Assembly (NCBI RefSeq): GCF_050433385.1
Contig: NZ_JBNPXI010000003.1
Coordinates: 159,939 to 223,938 of the forward strand
Direction: 5' to 3'
DNA length: 64,000 bases
Source: Brassicibacter mesophilus
Lineage (GTDB): Bacteria > Bacillota > Clostridia > Tissierellales > Proteiniboraceae
Shown: one piece after another, positions 10,922-19,371 of the stretch
Position numbering within the stretch: the first letter of the stretch is position 1
Layout: every line of letters starts with the position of its first letter
Made by a program: the position numbers and the translations under genes
The notes under the pieces: generated by a model
Seen by the model: the letters and a program-made list of their open reading frames with translations, nothing else
Told to the model about the DNA's origin: nothing
The model's database searches: none

Positions 10922-12222
10922 TGGGAAACGCTAAATCTCAAAAAATATATGAAGAAGCAAAAAAATATATACCAGGAGGAGTTAATAGTCCTGTTAGAGC
11001 ATTTAAATCTGTTGGACTAGATCCTATTTTTATAGAAAAGGCTAAGGGAAGCAAAATATATGATGTTGATGGGAATTGCTATATAGACTATATTTGTTCT
11101 TGGGGCCCATTGATTTTAGGACATAGCAACGAGGAAATATTGCAAGGAGTAGACGAAGTAATCAGAAAAGGTACAAGCTATGGAGTACCTTCAGCAATAG
11201 AGGTTGATATGGCAAAGCTTATAGTTGAAGCATATCCATCGGTAGAAATGGTGAGGATGGTTAATTCAGGAACAGAGGCTACTATGAGTGCATTAAGAGT
11301 TGCAAGAGCATACACAAACAGAAGTAAAATTGTAAAATTTGAAGGCTGTTATCATGGACATTCTGACTCACTACTAGTAAAGTCAGGTTCGGGAACTATT
11401 ACGTTTGGAGTACCTACAAGTCCAGGGGTGCCACAGGACACCATTAAAGATACCATTGTTTGTAGATATAATGATTTAGAATCGGTAAAGAGTGTATTTG
11501 AGCAAAATGGTGATGATATTGCTGCTGTTATAGTTGAGCCGGTAGCAGGAAATATGGGACTTGTTCCAGCAGATAAAGAATTTTTACTATTCTTAAAAGA
11601 TATAACAGAAAAGCATGGTTCAGTATTAATATTTGATGAAGTAATAACTGGATTTAGACTTGCATATGGAGGAGCACAGCAAGTTTATGATATACAGCCT
11701 GATATGACATGCTTTGGCAAAATAATAGGAGGAGGCCTTCCTGTTGGAGCTTACGGTGGTAAGAAGGAAATAATGGAAATGGTGTCACCTGTAGGTCCAG
11801 TATATCAAGCAGGTACACTATCAGGAAATCCACTTGCTATGTATATGGGTTATAGAACTATTAATATTTTAAAAGATAATAAGGATATTTATCAGCAGCT
11901 GGAGCAGAAAGCTAAGAAGCTAGAGGGAGGCTTTAATAAAAGTATTAGTGAGTTAGGAATAAATGCTATAGTAGTTAGAGTTAAAGGTATGCTTTGCTTA
12001 TTTTTTGCAGATACACCTTTAAGAAACTATGATGATGTTTTGAAATGCGATACAGAAATGTATGCCTTGTTTTTTAGAGAAATGTTAAAAAGAGGAATGC
12101 TGCTTCCTCCAGCTCAATTCGAAGGTATATTTTTATCTACTGCTCATACAGATGAAGATATAGAAAAAACAATAGAAGCAGCTCATGAAGTATTAACATA
12201 TATAAGAGAAACACTTAAGTAG
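10921..12222 (+). CDS. hemL: glutamate-1-semialdehyde 2,1-aminomutase
   Basis: SQKIYEEAKKYIPGGVNSPVRAF N-terminus, PLP-lysine region FGKIIGGGLPVGAYGG; start overlaps hemB stop. Confidence 0.9.
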   Translation: MGNAKSQKIYEEAKKYIPGGVNSPVRAFKSVGLDPIFIEKAKGSKIYDVDGNCYIDYICSWGPLILGHSNEEILQGVDEVIRKGTSYGVPSAIEVDMAKLIVEAYPSVEMVRMVNSGTEATMSALRVARAYTNRSKIVKFEGCYHGHSDSLLVKSGSGTITFGVPTSPGVPQDTIKDTIVCRYNDLESVKSVFEQNGDDIAAVIVEPVAGNMGLVPADKEFLLFLKDITEKHGSVLIFDEVITGFRLAYGGAQQVYDIQPDMTCFGKIIGGGLPVGAYGGKKEIMEMVSPVGPVYQAGTLSGNPLAMYMGYRTINILKDNKDIYQQLEQKAKKLEGGFNKSISELGINAIVVRVKGMLCLFFADTPLRNYDDVLKCDTEMYALFFREMLKRGMLLPPAQFEGIFLSTAHTDEDIEKTIEAAHEVLTYIRETLK

Positions 12223-12326
12223 CTGTATCTCTAAAGCTCTTATGAACAGGACTGATATTTGCCCCTTTATAGTAATTGAAAAAAATGTCTAAGAATGCTA
12301 CTATGATTATAAGGGGGTAATAGTAT

Positions 12327-12773
12327 ATGGATAATATTTGGAGTATAGTTATTGTTCAAGGAGCTATATATAAAGAAGATAAATGGCTTATGATAAAAAG
12401 AAGTGAAAATGAAGAGCATGCCCCTGGAATAATCTCTTTTGTTGGAGGAAAGCTAGAGAATAAAGGAGACGAACAGGATGTTCTTGAAAAGACATTGAAA
12501 AGAGAGATTATGGAAGAAGTAGGAATAGAAATAAGTAATGATATAAGGTATATAGAGAGTAAATCTTTTGTTTCAGATGGTGGGGATCCGATTGTGGAAG
12601 TAATTTTTTTATGCAGATATAAAAGTGGACAACCTTATTGTGCTGATACTGACGAAGTAGCAGAGATTTACTGGATGTCGATTGATGAAATTATTCGCAA
12701 TGAAAAAACACCTATATGGGTAAAAGAAGGCATACAGAAAGCGGAGCAACTGAGATTAAATATTATAGCCTGA
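12327..12773 (+). CDS. NUDIX hydrolase
   Basis: Nudix box GGKLENKGDEQDVLEKTLKREIMEEVGIE (Gx5Ex7REUxEExGU). Confidence 0.75.
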   Translation: MDNIWSIVIVQGAIYKEDKWLMIKRSENEEHAPGIISFVGGKLENKGDEQDVLEKTLKREIMEEVGIEISNDIRYIESKSFVSDGGDPIVEVIFLCRYKSGQPYCADTDEVAEIYWMSIDEIIRNEKTPIWVKEGIQKAEQLRLNIIA

Positions 12774-12798
12774 CAGAGTGATTCTGTCAGGCTTTTTC
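12768..12798 (+). terminator. rho-independent terminator
   Basis: GCCTGACAG-agtgatt-CTGTCAGGC perfect 9-bp stem followed by TTTTTC. Confidence 0.8.
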
Positions 12799-12966
12799 TA
12801 TAAAATTTTCCAAAAAACTATTGACTTAGAAGATTATCTAATCATATAATGATGTTAGAAGGTTATCTAATTGTCATTCGGATTAGATAGTCATTAAATT
12901 ATTGTTTAAATCAACAATATATTATTAAAAATTATATACAATAAGTAGACTTTAGGAGGGTATGCG

Positions 12967-14040
12967 TTGAAAATAAGGTTTGATCCAAAGATAGGAGAAG
13001 TAAATGATTTCTTTTCATTTTTGTATTGGGTATATAATTCTGATGAGATTAATAAACAATTTGAGGAATATGAATTAGAATCAAATGAAGATTATGAAAG
13101 CTTTATAAGAAAGGTAAAGCAGGATGAATATGTACAGAATGAAAAATTGAAATCGTACTACAGTATGGAAATTGGATTAGCTGATGTTTTTTTATTGTAT
13201 TCTGAAATATGGGAGTATCCAGAAATAGATGAATGTCTAAACTTTATAAAGAAGTTAGATAAGAATACCCTAAGATTTAGATTAATAAGAGAGATAATTA
13301 GATGTGGAAAAAATGGTAATGAGCTAGAAGAGATTAATAAGCGAGCAAAAGAAATTGCAATAGATGAGCATAAGAGTATCACTTTTATTAAGGATTTAGA
13401 TTATGATTCAGGTTTAAAATGGGACTTATTTTGTTTCTTACAAGAGCCTGAGAAATACAGAGATGATTACGTCAGCCTTATGCAGAATTTAATACCGGTG
13501 TTCTATAAGTATTATGAGCCAGAAAGAAAAGAGATTAATGCGTTTAATAAACATATTGAAAAGAATTTTAATGACAAAGGAATTAATTTTCTTAAACAAT
13601 TCACTGGTAAATTTTTTAAATACGAAATATATGAAGAAGTTTTTATAACTACTAGCTACGTTAACTACTATTCACTTATGTTTAAGGTCTCAGGTCATTC
13701 GAGCTATATTTATCTAGGATTAGGCTTTGAGGAATCTATCAAGCAGTATAAGGGAGGAGAAGAAGATAAGCTAAAAAAATATGTTAATATATTTAAAAAC
13801 TTTTCGGATACTACTAGATTTCAAATACTTAAGCTTATAGTTGAGGATGAAGAATACTGTAGTAAAGATATTGCTGAAAAGCTTGGAATTACTGGAGCCA
13901 CAGTTTCATATCATATCAATAATCTTTGTTCTGCAGAATTAGTTATAATAGATAGGAAAGACAGGAAAAATATCTACACTGTAAATAAAGACGTTATTAG
14001 AGATGGAATAGAGTTTTTAATTAAAGAGCTTAAGCTATAA
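12967..14040 (+). CDS. ArsR-family winged-helix transcriptional regulator with ~250-aa uncharacterised N-terminal domain
   Basis: C-terminal TRFQILKLI...CSKDIAEKLGITGATVSYHINNLCSAELV matches ArsR/SmtB HTH; TTG start 8 nt after AGGAGGG; N-terminal region without recognisable motif. Confidence 0.6.
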   Translation: MKIRFDPKIGEVNDFFSFLYWVYNSDEINKQFEEYELESNEDYESFIRKVKQDEYVQNEKLKSYYSMEIGLADVFLLYSEIWEYPEIDECLNFIKKLDKNTLRFRLIREIIRCGKNGNELEEINKRAKEIAIDEHKSITFIKDLDYDSGLKWDLFCFLQEPEKYRDDYVSLMQNLIPVFYKYYEPERKEINAFNKHIEKNFNDKGINFLKQFTGKFFKYEIYEEVFITTSYVNYYSLMFKVSGHSSYIYLGLGFEESIKQYKGGEEDKLKKYVNIFKNFSDTTRFQILKLIVEDEEYCSKDIAEKLGITGATVSYHINNLCSAELVIIDRKDRKNIYTVNKDVIRDGIEFLIKELKL

Positions 14041-14076
14041 GCTGTTATTTCATTATAAAGTCAGGGAGGCTATAAC

Positions 14077-15381
14077 ATGGGGGATAATGTTCAAGATTTA
14101 AGAATGAAAAAATCTAAGATTATGTCAAATATGGTGTTATTACTTTTAGGAAGGCTAGTATCTTTATTTGGTACACGGATATACAGCTTTGCAATAAGTC
14201 TTTATGTATTAAAAACTACTGGTTCAGGAACTACTTTTGCACTATCATTAGTTTTTGGAACACTTCCAGCAGTAATTTTTGGACCTATAGCAGGTGTTAT
14301 CAGTGACAAAATTAACAGAAAAAGAATAGTTGTAGTTATGGACATTTTAAGCGGGATCGTCGTGTTATTGCTGTTTAGTGTAGCAATAATAGATGATTTA
14401 AGATTATCTTATATATACATCACATCTTTTCTATTATCTACATGTAATACTTTCTTTAATGTTCCTTTCCAAGTATCTATACCTAATATAGTAGATGAAA
14501 AAAATCTTATGAGAGCTAATTCACTAAATCAAGCTATAACTTCAATTACTTCTATAGCAGGACCATTTTTAGGAGGTCTTGTATATGCATTTATTGATAT
14601 TAAGCTGTTTCTTATCATAAATGGTATATCCTTTATAGCTTCTGGAATCACTGAGATGTTTATTGACTTTAATTTAAATAAACCTGAATTAAATGAACAA
14701 ACGTTAGAGGCAGAAAATATTGAAGTAGGCAAGAACTCAATCATTGAAAACTTCTTGCGTGATTTTATAGAAGGGTTCTCGTATCTTAAATCTACAAGGT
14801 CTATGTTTATGTTATTTATTTCAGCAATATTTATAAATTTCTTCATGACTCTAGGAATAACAGTTCCATTTCCTTATATGGTTAATGAGATACTTAAGAT
14901 GTCATCAAAACAATTTGGTGTTTTAGAAGCTATATTTCCATTGGGAATGCTTGCGGGATCAATTGCTTTATCAGTAATGCCTCAGAGTGAAAAGAACTTC
15001 AAGAAAATTATATTTGGATTACTAGTTACAAATGCTGGTATTATCTTGATGGGAGTTTCTGTTGTACCTGAACTGTTGATATTTAGTAAGAACACATATT
15101 TTATTGGATATATAATAGTTTCATTCATCATATCTATAGCGATTGTTGTTATAAACATACCTATCGAGGTAACTCTTCAAAGAGAAATTCCTGATAATAT
15201 CAGAGGAAGAATATTTGGACTGATTAGTACCATTGCTATGTCATGTACGCCAATAGGTATGATACTTTCAGGCGTACTAATTGATTTGATTCCTGTATGG
15301 ATATTGCCAGTACTTTCTGGGCTTGTTCTTCTAGGATTGACAGTAACTATGGCTAATAATAAAGATATTAGAGAGTTATAG
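14077..15381 (+). CDS. MFS transporter (drug/enterobactin-exporter-like subfamily)
   Basis: 434 aa, ~12 hydrophobic helices, MFS motif-A-like GPIAGVISDKINRKR between TM2-3. Confidence 0.8.
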   Translation: MGDNVQDLRMKKSKIMSNMVLLLLGRLVSLFGTRIYSFAISLYVLKTTGSGTTFALSLVFGTLPAVIFGPIAGVISDKINRKRIVVVMDILSGIVVLLLFSVAIIDDLRLSYIYITSFLLSTCNTFFNVPFQVSIPNIVDEKNLMRANSLNQAITSITSIAGPFLGGLVYAFIDIKLFLIINGISFIASGITEMFIDFNLNKPELNEQTLEAENIEVGKNSIIENFLRDFIEGFSYLKSTRSMFMLFISAIFINFFMTLGITVPFPYMVNEILKMSSKQFGVLEAIFPLGMLAGSIALSVMPQSEKNFKKIIFGLLVTNAGIILMGVSVVPELLIFSKNTYFIGYIIVSFIISIAIVVINIPIEVTLQREIPDNIRGRIFGLISTIAMSCTPIGMILSGVLIDLIPVWILPVLSGLVLLGLTVTMANNKDIREL

Positions 15382-15473
15382 GAAAAATAGTATAGGATCG
15401 TTAGAAGTGCAAGAATTATATATTATTTTGAAAACAATGTTACAAAGGATTCAAAGTAATACCAAATGGAAAC

Positions 15474-15498
15474 AAAGGCAGGTTGTTCACCTGCCTTT
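15474..15498. terminator. bidirectional rho-independent terminator
   Basis: AAAGGCAGGT-tgttc-ACCTGCCTTT; A-tract one side, T-tract other; lies between convergent MFS (+) and DtxR-like (-) genes. Confidence 0.7.
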
Positions 15499-15861
15499 AG
15501 TCTGTTTAAAATGTTTCTTTATACATTGATAACTTTCATCGCTGATATCGTGCTCAATTTTACAGGCATCTGCTAGAGCAGTTTTTTCACTAACACCTAA
15601 TGCCATTAAAAACTTAGCAAGGGTTTGATGCCGATCATACATTCGAGTTGCAATTTCAAGACCGTCACCTATTAATGTGATATACCCATCAGAATCTATA
15701 TTGATATATCCATTTTCCCGTAGTTTCTTCATAGCGACACTGATGCTGGGCTTAGTATATCCTGTTTCGTTCACTATATCAATAGAACGTACCTGGCCAA
15801 TATGCTCCTTAAGCATCAGAATAGTTTCCAAATAGTCTTCTGCCGACTCTTGTATTTTCAT
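15487..15861 (-). CDS. DtxR/MntR-family metal-dependent transcriptional regulator
   Basis: 124 aa; AEDYLETILML...VRSIDIVNETGYTKPSISVAMKKLRENGYI HTH and metal-binding region typical of MntR/DtxR. Confidence 0.8.
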   Translation of the reverse strand: MKIQESAEDYLETILMLKEHIGQVRSIDIVNETGYTKPSISVAMKKLRENGYINIDSDGYITLIGDGLEIATRMYDRHQTLAKFLMALGVSEKTALADACKIEHDISDESYQCIKKHFKQTKGR

Positions 15862-15895
15862 TTTCTCACCTCACAAAATTTATTTATATATCTAT

Positions 15896-15911
15896 GTTAG
15901 TATATACTAAC
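15896..15911. promoter_or_regulatory. perfect 16-bp palindrome GTTAGTATATACTAAC upstream of DtxR-family gene (candidate auto-operator)
   Basis: Exact inverted repeat ~35 nt upstream of the - strand start codon at 15861. Confidence 0.45.
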
Positions 15912-15974
15912 TGTTTTTTCAAGGACTGCTTTTTACCGATTGACAAATCAGTATTACAATGATAACGTAATATT

Positions 15975-16004
15975 TTGGTAGGTTAGTTAACGCTAACCTA
16001 CCAA
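15975..16004. promoter_or_regulatory. palindrome TTGGTAGGTTAG-ttaacg-CTAACCTACCAA (DtxR-box-like half-sites)
   Basis: 12-bp perfect arms; half-sites GGTTAG/CTAACC resemble DtxR/IdeR consensus TTAGGTTAGCCTAACCTAA; in divergent intergenic region between DtxR-like and AraC genes. Confidence 0.45.
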
Positions 16005-16114
16005 GCAGTAGACATGATTATTAATTGCCAATATAAATTATTAGTATTAAGTAGAGAAAGCGTGATAGTTTGTTTTTTATTTATGAAGTAACAATGTAAG
16101 GAGGGTAAAAACAC

Positions 16115-17110
16115 GTGAGTATGTTATCAAAAGATAGAGAACTATATGGTCCTGAAGTGAAAGTGATTTCACAGTCCGAAGATTGTGTGGTATACAAAAT
16201 GAAAAACGATAATGGGGAAGGTATAATGACCAGCTATCAAGTATTTCCAGGGATTGTATTGGTTTATAATGACTTTCATATGGGGAGCTGCGTTTATAAT
16301 AAACAGCCATGTGCTGATATTATGGAAATCAATCATTGCCGTCAGGGACGATTTGAATGTGAATTTTTAAATGGGGGCTATGTATATCTAGAAGAAGGTG
16401 ATCTTGCTGTAAATATGCTAAGCAATAGAACTACAAGATCTTGTTTTCCACTGGAGCATTATCACGGTGTCTCTGTGATAATATGTCTTTATGAGGCTGA
16501 AAAATCAATTTCTTCTGTTTTAGATGATATATCAATTGACCTATATTCTTTACGTGATAAGCTATGCAGTAAAGATAAATGTTTTATCATGCGTGCCAAG
16601 AATTCTATAGAGCATATTTTCTTCGAGCTTTATACAGTGCCGGATGAAGTCAAGCATGGATACTTTAAACTGAAGGTACTGGAACTTCTATTATTTCTTA
16701 GTATTGCAGATGTTTCAGAACAAAGAGAAGAACGACAGTATTTTCACAAGAGTCAGGTCGATATTGTTAAAGCAATTAAGGAACACATGACACAGCACTT
16801 GGAGCAACATAATACACTGGAGGAATTGTCCAACCGTTTCAAAATACCTCTAACAGCTATGAAGCTTTGTTTCAAAGGAGTCTATGGAACATCGATTTAT
16901 GCCTATATGCGTTCCTATCGAATGCAGGCTGCTGCTGTAATGCTACGCCAATGCAATGATAGTGTTACTGACATTGCAGGCAAGGTCGGATATAGCAATT
17001 CTAGTAAATTTGCGTCGGCATTTAAAGCTGTTATAGGGATGTCACCATTGGAATACAGGAAAACAAGTCGTCTAAATGGAGCATTTTTGACCGTTCGGAG
17101 TAGAAAATAA
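16115..17110 (+). CDS. AraC-family transcriptional regulator
   Basis: C-terminal dual HTH (MRSYRMQAAAVMLRQCNDSVTDIAGKVGYSNSSKFASAFKAVIGMSPLEYR); N-terminal ligand-binding-like domain. Confidence 0.8.
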   Translation: MSMLSKDRELYGPEVKVISQSEDCVVYKMKNDNGEGIMTSYQVFPGIVLVYNDFHMGSCVYNKQPCADIMEINHCRQGRFECEFLNGGYVYLEEGDLAVNMLSNRTTRSCFPLEHYHGVSVIICLYEAEKSISSVLDDISIDLYSLRDKLCSKDKCFIMRAKNSIEHIFFELYTVPDEVKHGYFKLKVLELLLFLSIADVSEQREERQYFHKSQVDIVKAIKEHMTQHLEQHNTLEELSNRFKIPLTAMKLCFKGVYGTSIYAYMRSYRMQAAAVMLRQCNDSVTDIAGKVGYSNSSKFASAFKAVIGMSPLEYRKTSRLNGAFLTVRSRK

Positions 17111-17227
17111 GCGTAAAAAAAACTATAATAGTGCGTATCAGTGATCGACTTAAGGTGCCTAGAAGTGTATTTTTGGCAGCGGGTTAGTTGAAACTAACTA
17201 AAATCATTTATGTTAGGAGGGTAATTT

Positions 17228-17257
17228 ATGAAGAGAAGCAGTGTGCAATATATATGA
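17228..17257 (+). CDS. 9-codon upstream mini-ORF (MKRSSVQYI) translationally coupled to leader ORF
   Basis: AGGAGGG RBS 7 nt upstream of ATG 17228; its TGA overlaps the ATG of the next ORF (ATATGA). Confidence 0.3.
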   Translation: MKRSSVQYI

Positions 17258-17433
17258 AGTGCGTGTTGCAGAAATTTTTTGACTATCTAATCAATTACAA
17301 CAATGACAACGTGCCCAATACTCCTCTTACTTATGTCAAAGACATGATCGTGTATAATACTGACAAAATCAAAGACTATACCTTCAACAACACTCCAAAG
17401 TTCTTTGATATTAGACAATTATATGTTAAATAA
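17254..17433 (+). CDS. candidate leader peptide (BmrB-like, 59 aa from ATG 17254; 81 aa if TTG 17188)
   Basis: Small ORF immediately upstream of heterodimeric ABC exporter genes, followed by intrinsic terminator before the ABC start; no similarity recognisable. Confidence 0.35.
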   Translation: MKCVLQKFFDYLINYNNDNVPNTPLTYVKDMIVYNTDKIKDYTFNNTPKFFDIRQLYVK

Positions 17434-17499
17434 ATTGTTGTCCGATTGGAGTCGAATTGACTTTACGGAGTAGAACAGAAAAATAAAAGAGCTTAAAAT

Positions 17500-17537
17500 A
17501 GAGGTTGGTTAGCTTTAACTAACTAACCTCTATTTTT
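17500..17537 (+). terminator. intrinsic terminator / attenuator upstream of ABC exporter operon
   Basis: AGAGGTTGGTTAG-cttta-ACTAACTAACCTCT stem then TATTTTT; immediately followed by RBS GAAAGGAGC and ATG 17554. Confidence 0.65.
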
Positions 17538-17553
17538 GAAAGGAGCATTTATT

Positions 17554-19371
17554 ATGAAACAAAAATCTAAAAAAAAGAATGGTTTCTCCCGATTATTTGA
17601 AATAGCGGGTGAAAAAAAGATGCTGCTGATCGCCTCAGGATTTTTATCGGCGCTTAGTGCAGCATGTATGCTTGTTCCGTTTATATCTGTTTATCAGATC
17701 CTGGGAGAATTGTTGCAAAACGGAGGTAGCATTGTCTTGGTGAACAGTACCATGATGATTAGGTGGGGCTGGATAGCTTTTGCGGGATTAATTGCAGGAT
17801 TGCTGTTTTTGTACGCTGCAATCATCTGCTCCCATGTAGCAGCTTTCCGAATTTTATACGGGCTGCGAATGGGGCTCGCAAAGCATATCGGTAAGCTATC
17901 GCTTGGGTATTTGAACAGCACTGCAACAGGTGCTGTAAAAAAGAATTTGGAGCAAGATGTGGAACGAATAGAGTTGTTTGTTGCTCACACAATTCCAGAC
18001 CTTGTGAATGTAGGGGCAACGGTTGTTGTGATGTTTGTTATATTCTTCAGCCTTAACGGTTGGATGGCGCTTACCTGTGTCATCGCCTTTGCCATCAGTA
18101 TAGCTATGCAGGCTTCAATGATGTTTGGTAAAAAAGCACAAGGCACAATGAAAGCTTATTTTGATTCACAAGAACGTATCCATTCTTCAGCCATACAATA
18201 TGTCCGAGGTATACCAGTAGTTAAAATATTCGGACAGACCGTTTTTTCTTTTAAAAAATTTCATGCAGATCTGTACAATTACAGAGACTGGGCAGTTGCT
18301 TATTGTGATAAATTCGAAAACGGTATGGCTGTTTTTACAGTAATACTCAACTCGTTTTTGACGTTTATCCTGCCTGTGGGCTTGCTGATTATGAGTGGAG
18401 ACCCAAATAATATTTCCTTTGCCCTCGTATACTTGTTTTTTATTATCATGGTTCCAGGTGCATCCTCTCCGCTGTATAAATTGACTTTACTCGCTTCGGG
18501 GACAAGAGAGATTTTTGAAGGCGTTTCACGCATTGATAAAATCTATGATGAAGAGCCAATCAAGGAGACTTCAAGTCCTAAATATCCTAACAGTCATGAT
18601 ATTACCTTTGAAAATGTGACCTTTGCTTATGAAAATAAAGCAGAAGCAACAAGAGTTGAAGCTCTGACCAATATCAGCTTTACTGCCAAAGCTGAAGAGA
18701 TAACTGCTTTGGTAGGACCGTCGGGCTCCGGGAAATCTACCGTGGCCAATCTAATTCCTCGCTTTTGGGATGTCACAACTGGAGAAATCAAAATCGGGGG
18801 AGTGAATATAAAGGATATTTCTACAGAAGAACTTATGAATACAGTATCATTCGTATTTCAGGATACATTTCTTTTTTACGATACGTTGTTTGAGAACATT
18901 AAGGTTGGCAGACCTGATGCCACTGACGAGGAAGTCTATGCAGCTGCGAGAGTAGCACAATGTCATGAATTTATTGAAAGCTTGCCAGATGGTTACAATA
19001 CACTCATAGGTGAAGGTGGTGTGTTTCTTTCTGGAGGTGAAGAACAGCGTGTTTCAGTTGCTCGTGCTATTCTCAAAGATGCACCTATTCTCGTTCTTGA
19101 CGAAGCAACAGCCTTTGCTGATCCTGAAAATGAATACAAGATGCAGATTGCATTGAAAGAACTCATTAAAAGCAAAACGGTTATTGTTATTGCTCACAGA
19201 CTATCCTCCATTAAAACTGCTAATCAAATTATCGTGCTAAAAAATGGGAAAATTGAACAAATCGGTACCCACGATAATCTGACAGCTATGGAAGGTCTAT
19301 ATCAGCGAATGTGGAAAGCCTATACCAGTGCTTACGACTGGACACTGAAAACTGGAGGTGTGAAAGCATGA
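17554..19371 (+). CDS. ABC exporter, fused permease-ATPase half-transporter (BmrC/YheI-like)
   Basis: 6-TM N-domain + NBD with Walker A GPSGSGKST, signature LSGGEEQR, Walker B LVLDEAT; ORF track start 17536, RBS favours 17554. Confidence 0.85.
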   Translation: MKQKSKKKNGFSRLFEIAGEKKMLLIASGFLSALSAACMLVPFISVYQILGELLQNGGSIVLVNSTMMIRWGWIAFAGLIAGLLFLYAAIICSHVAAFRILYGLRMGLAKHIGKLSLGYLNSTATGAVKKNLEQDVERIELFVAHTIPDLVNVGATVVVMFVIFFSLNGWMALTCVIAFAISIAMQASMMFGKKAQGTMKAYFDSQERIHSSAIQYVRGIPVVKIFGQTVFSFKKFHADLYNYRDWAVAYCDKFENGMAVFTVILNSFLTFILPVGLLIMSGDPNNISFALVYLFFIIMVPGASSPLYKLTLLASGTREIFEGVSRIDKIYDEEPIKETSSPKYPNSHDITFENVTFAYENKAEATRVEALTNISFTAKAEEITALVGPSGSGKSTVANLIPRFWDVTTGEIKIGGVNIKDISTEELMNTVSFVFQDTFLFYDTLFENIKVGRPDATDEEVYAAARVAQCHEFIESLPDGYNTLIGEGGVFLSGGEEQRVSVARAILKDAPILVLDEATAFADPENEYKMQIALKELIKSKTVIVIAHRLSSIKTANQIIVLKNGKIEQIGTHDNLTAMEGLYQRMWKAYTSAYDWTLKTGGVKA

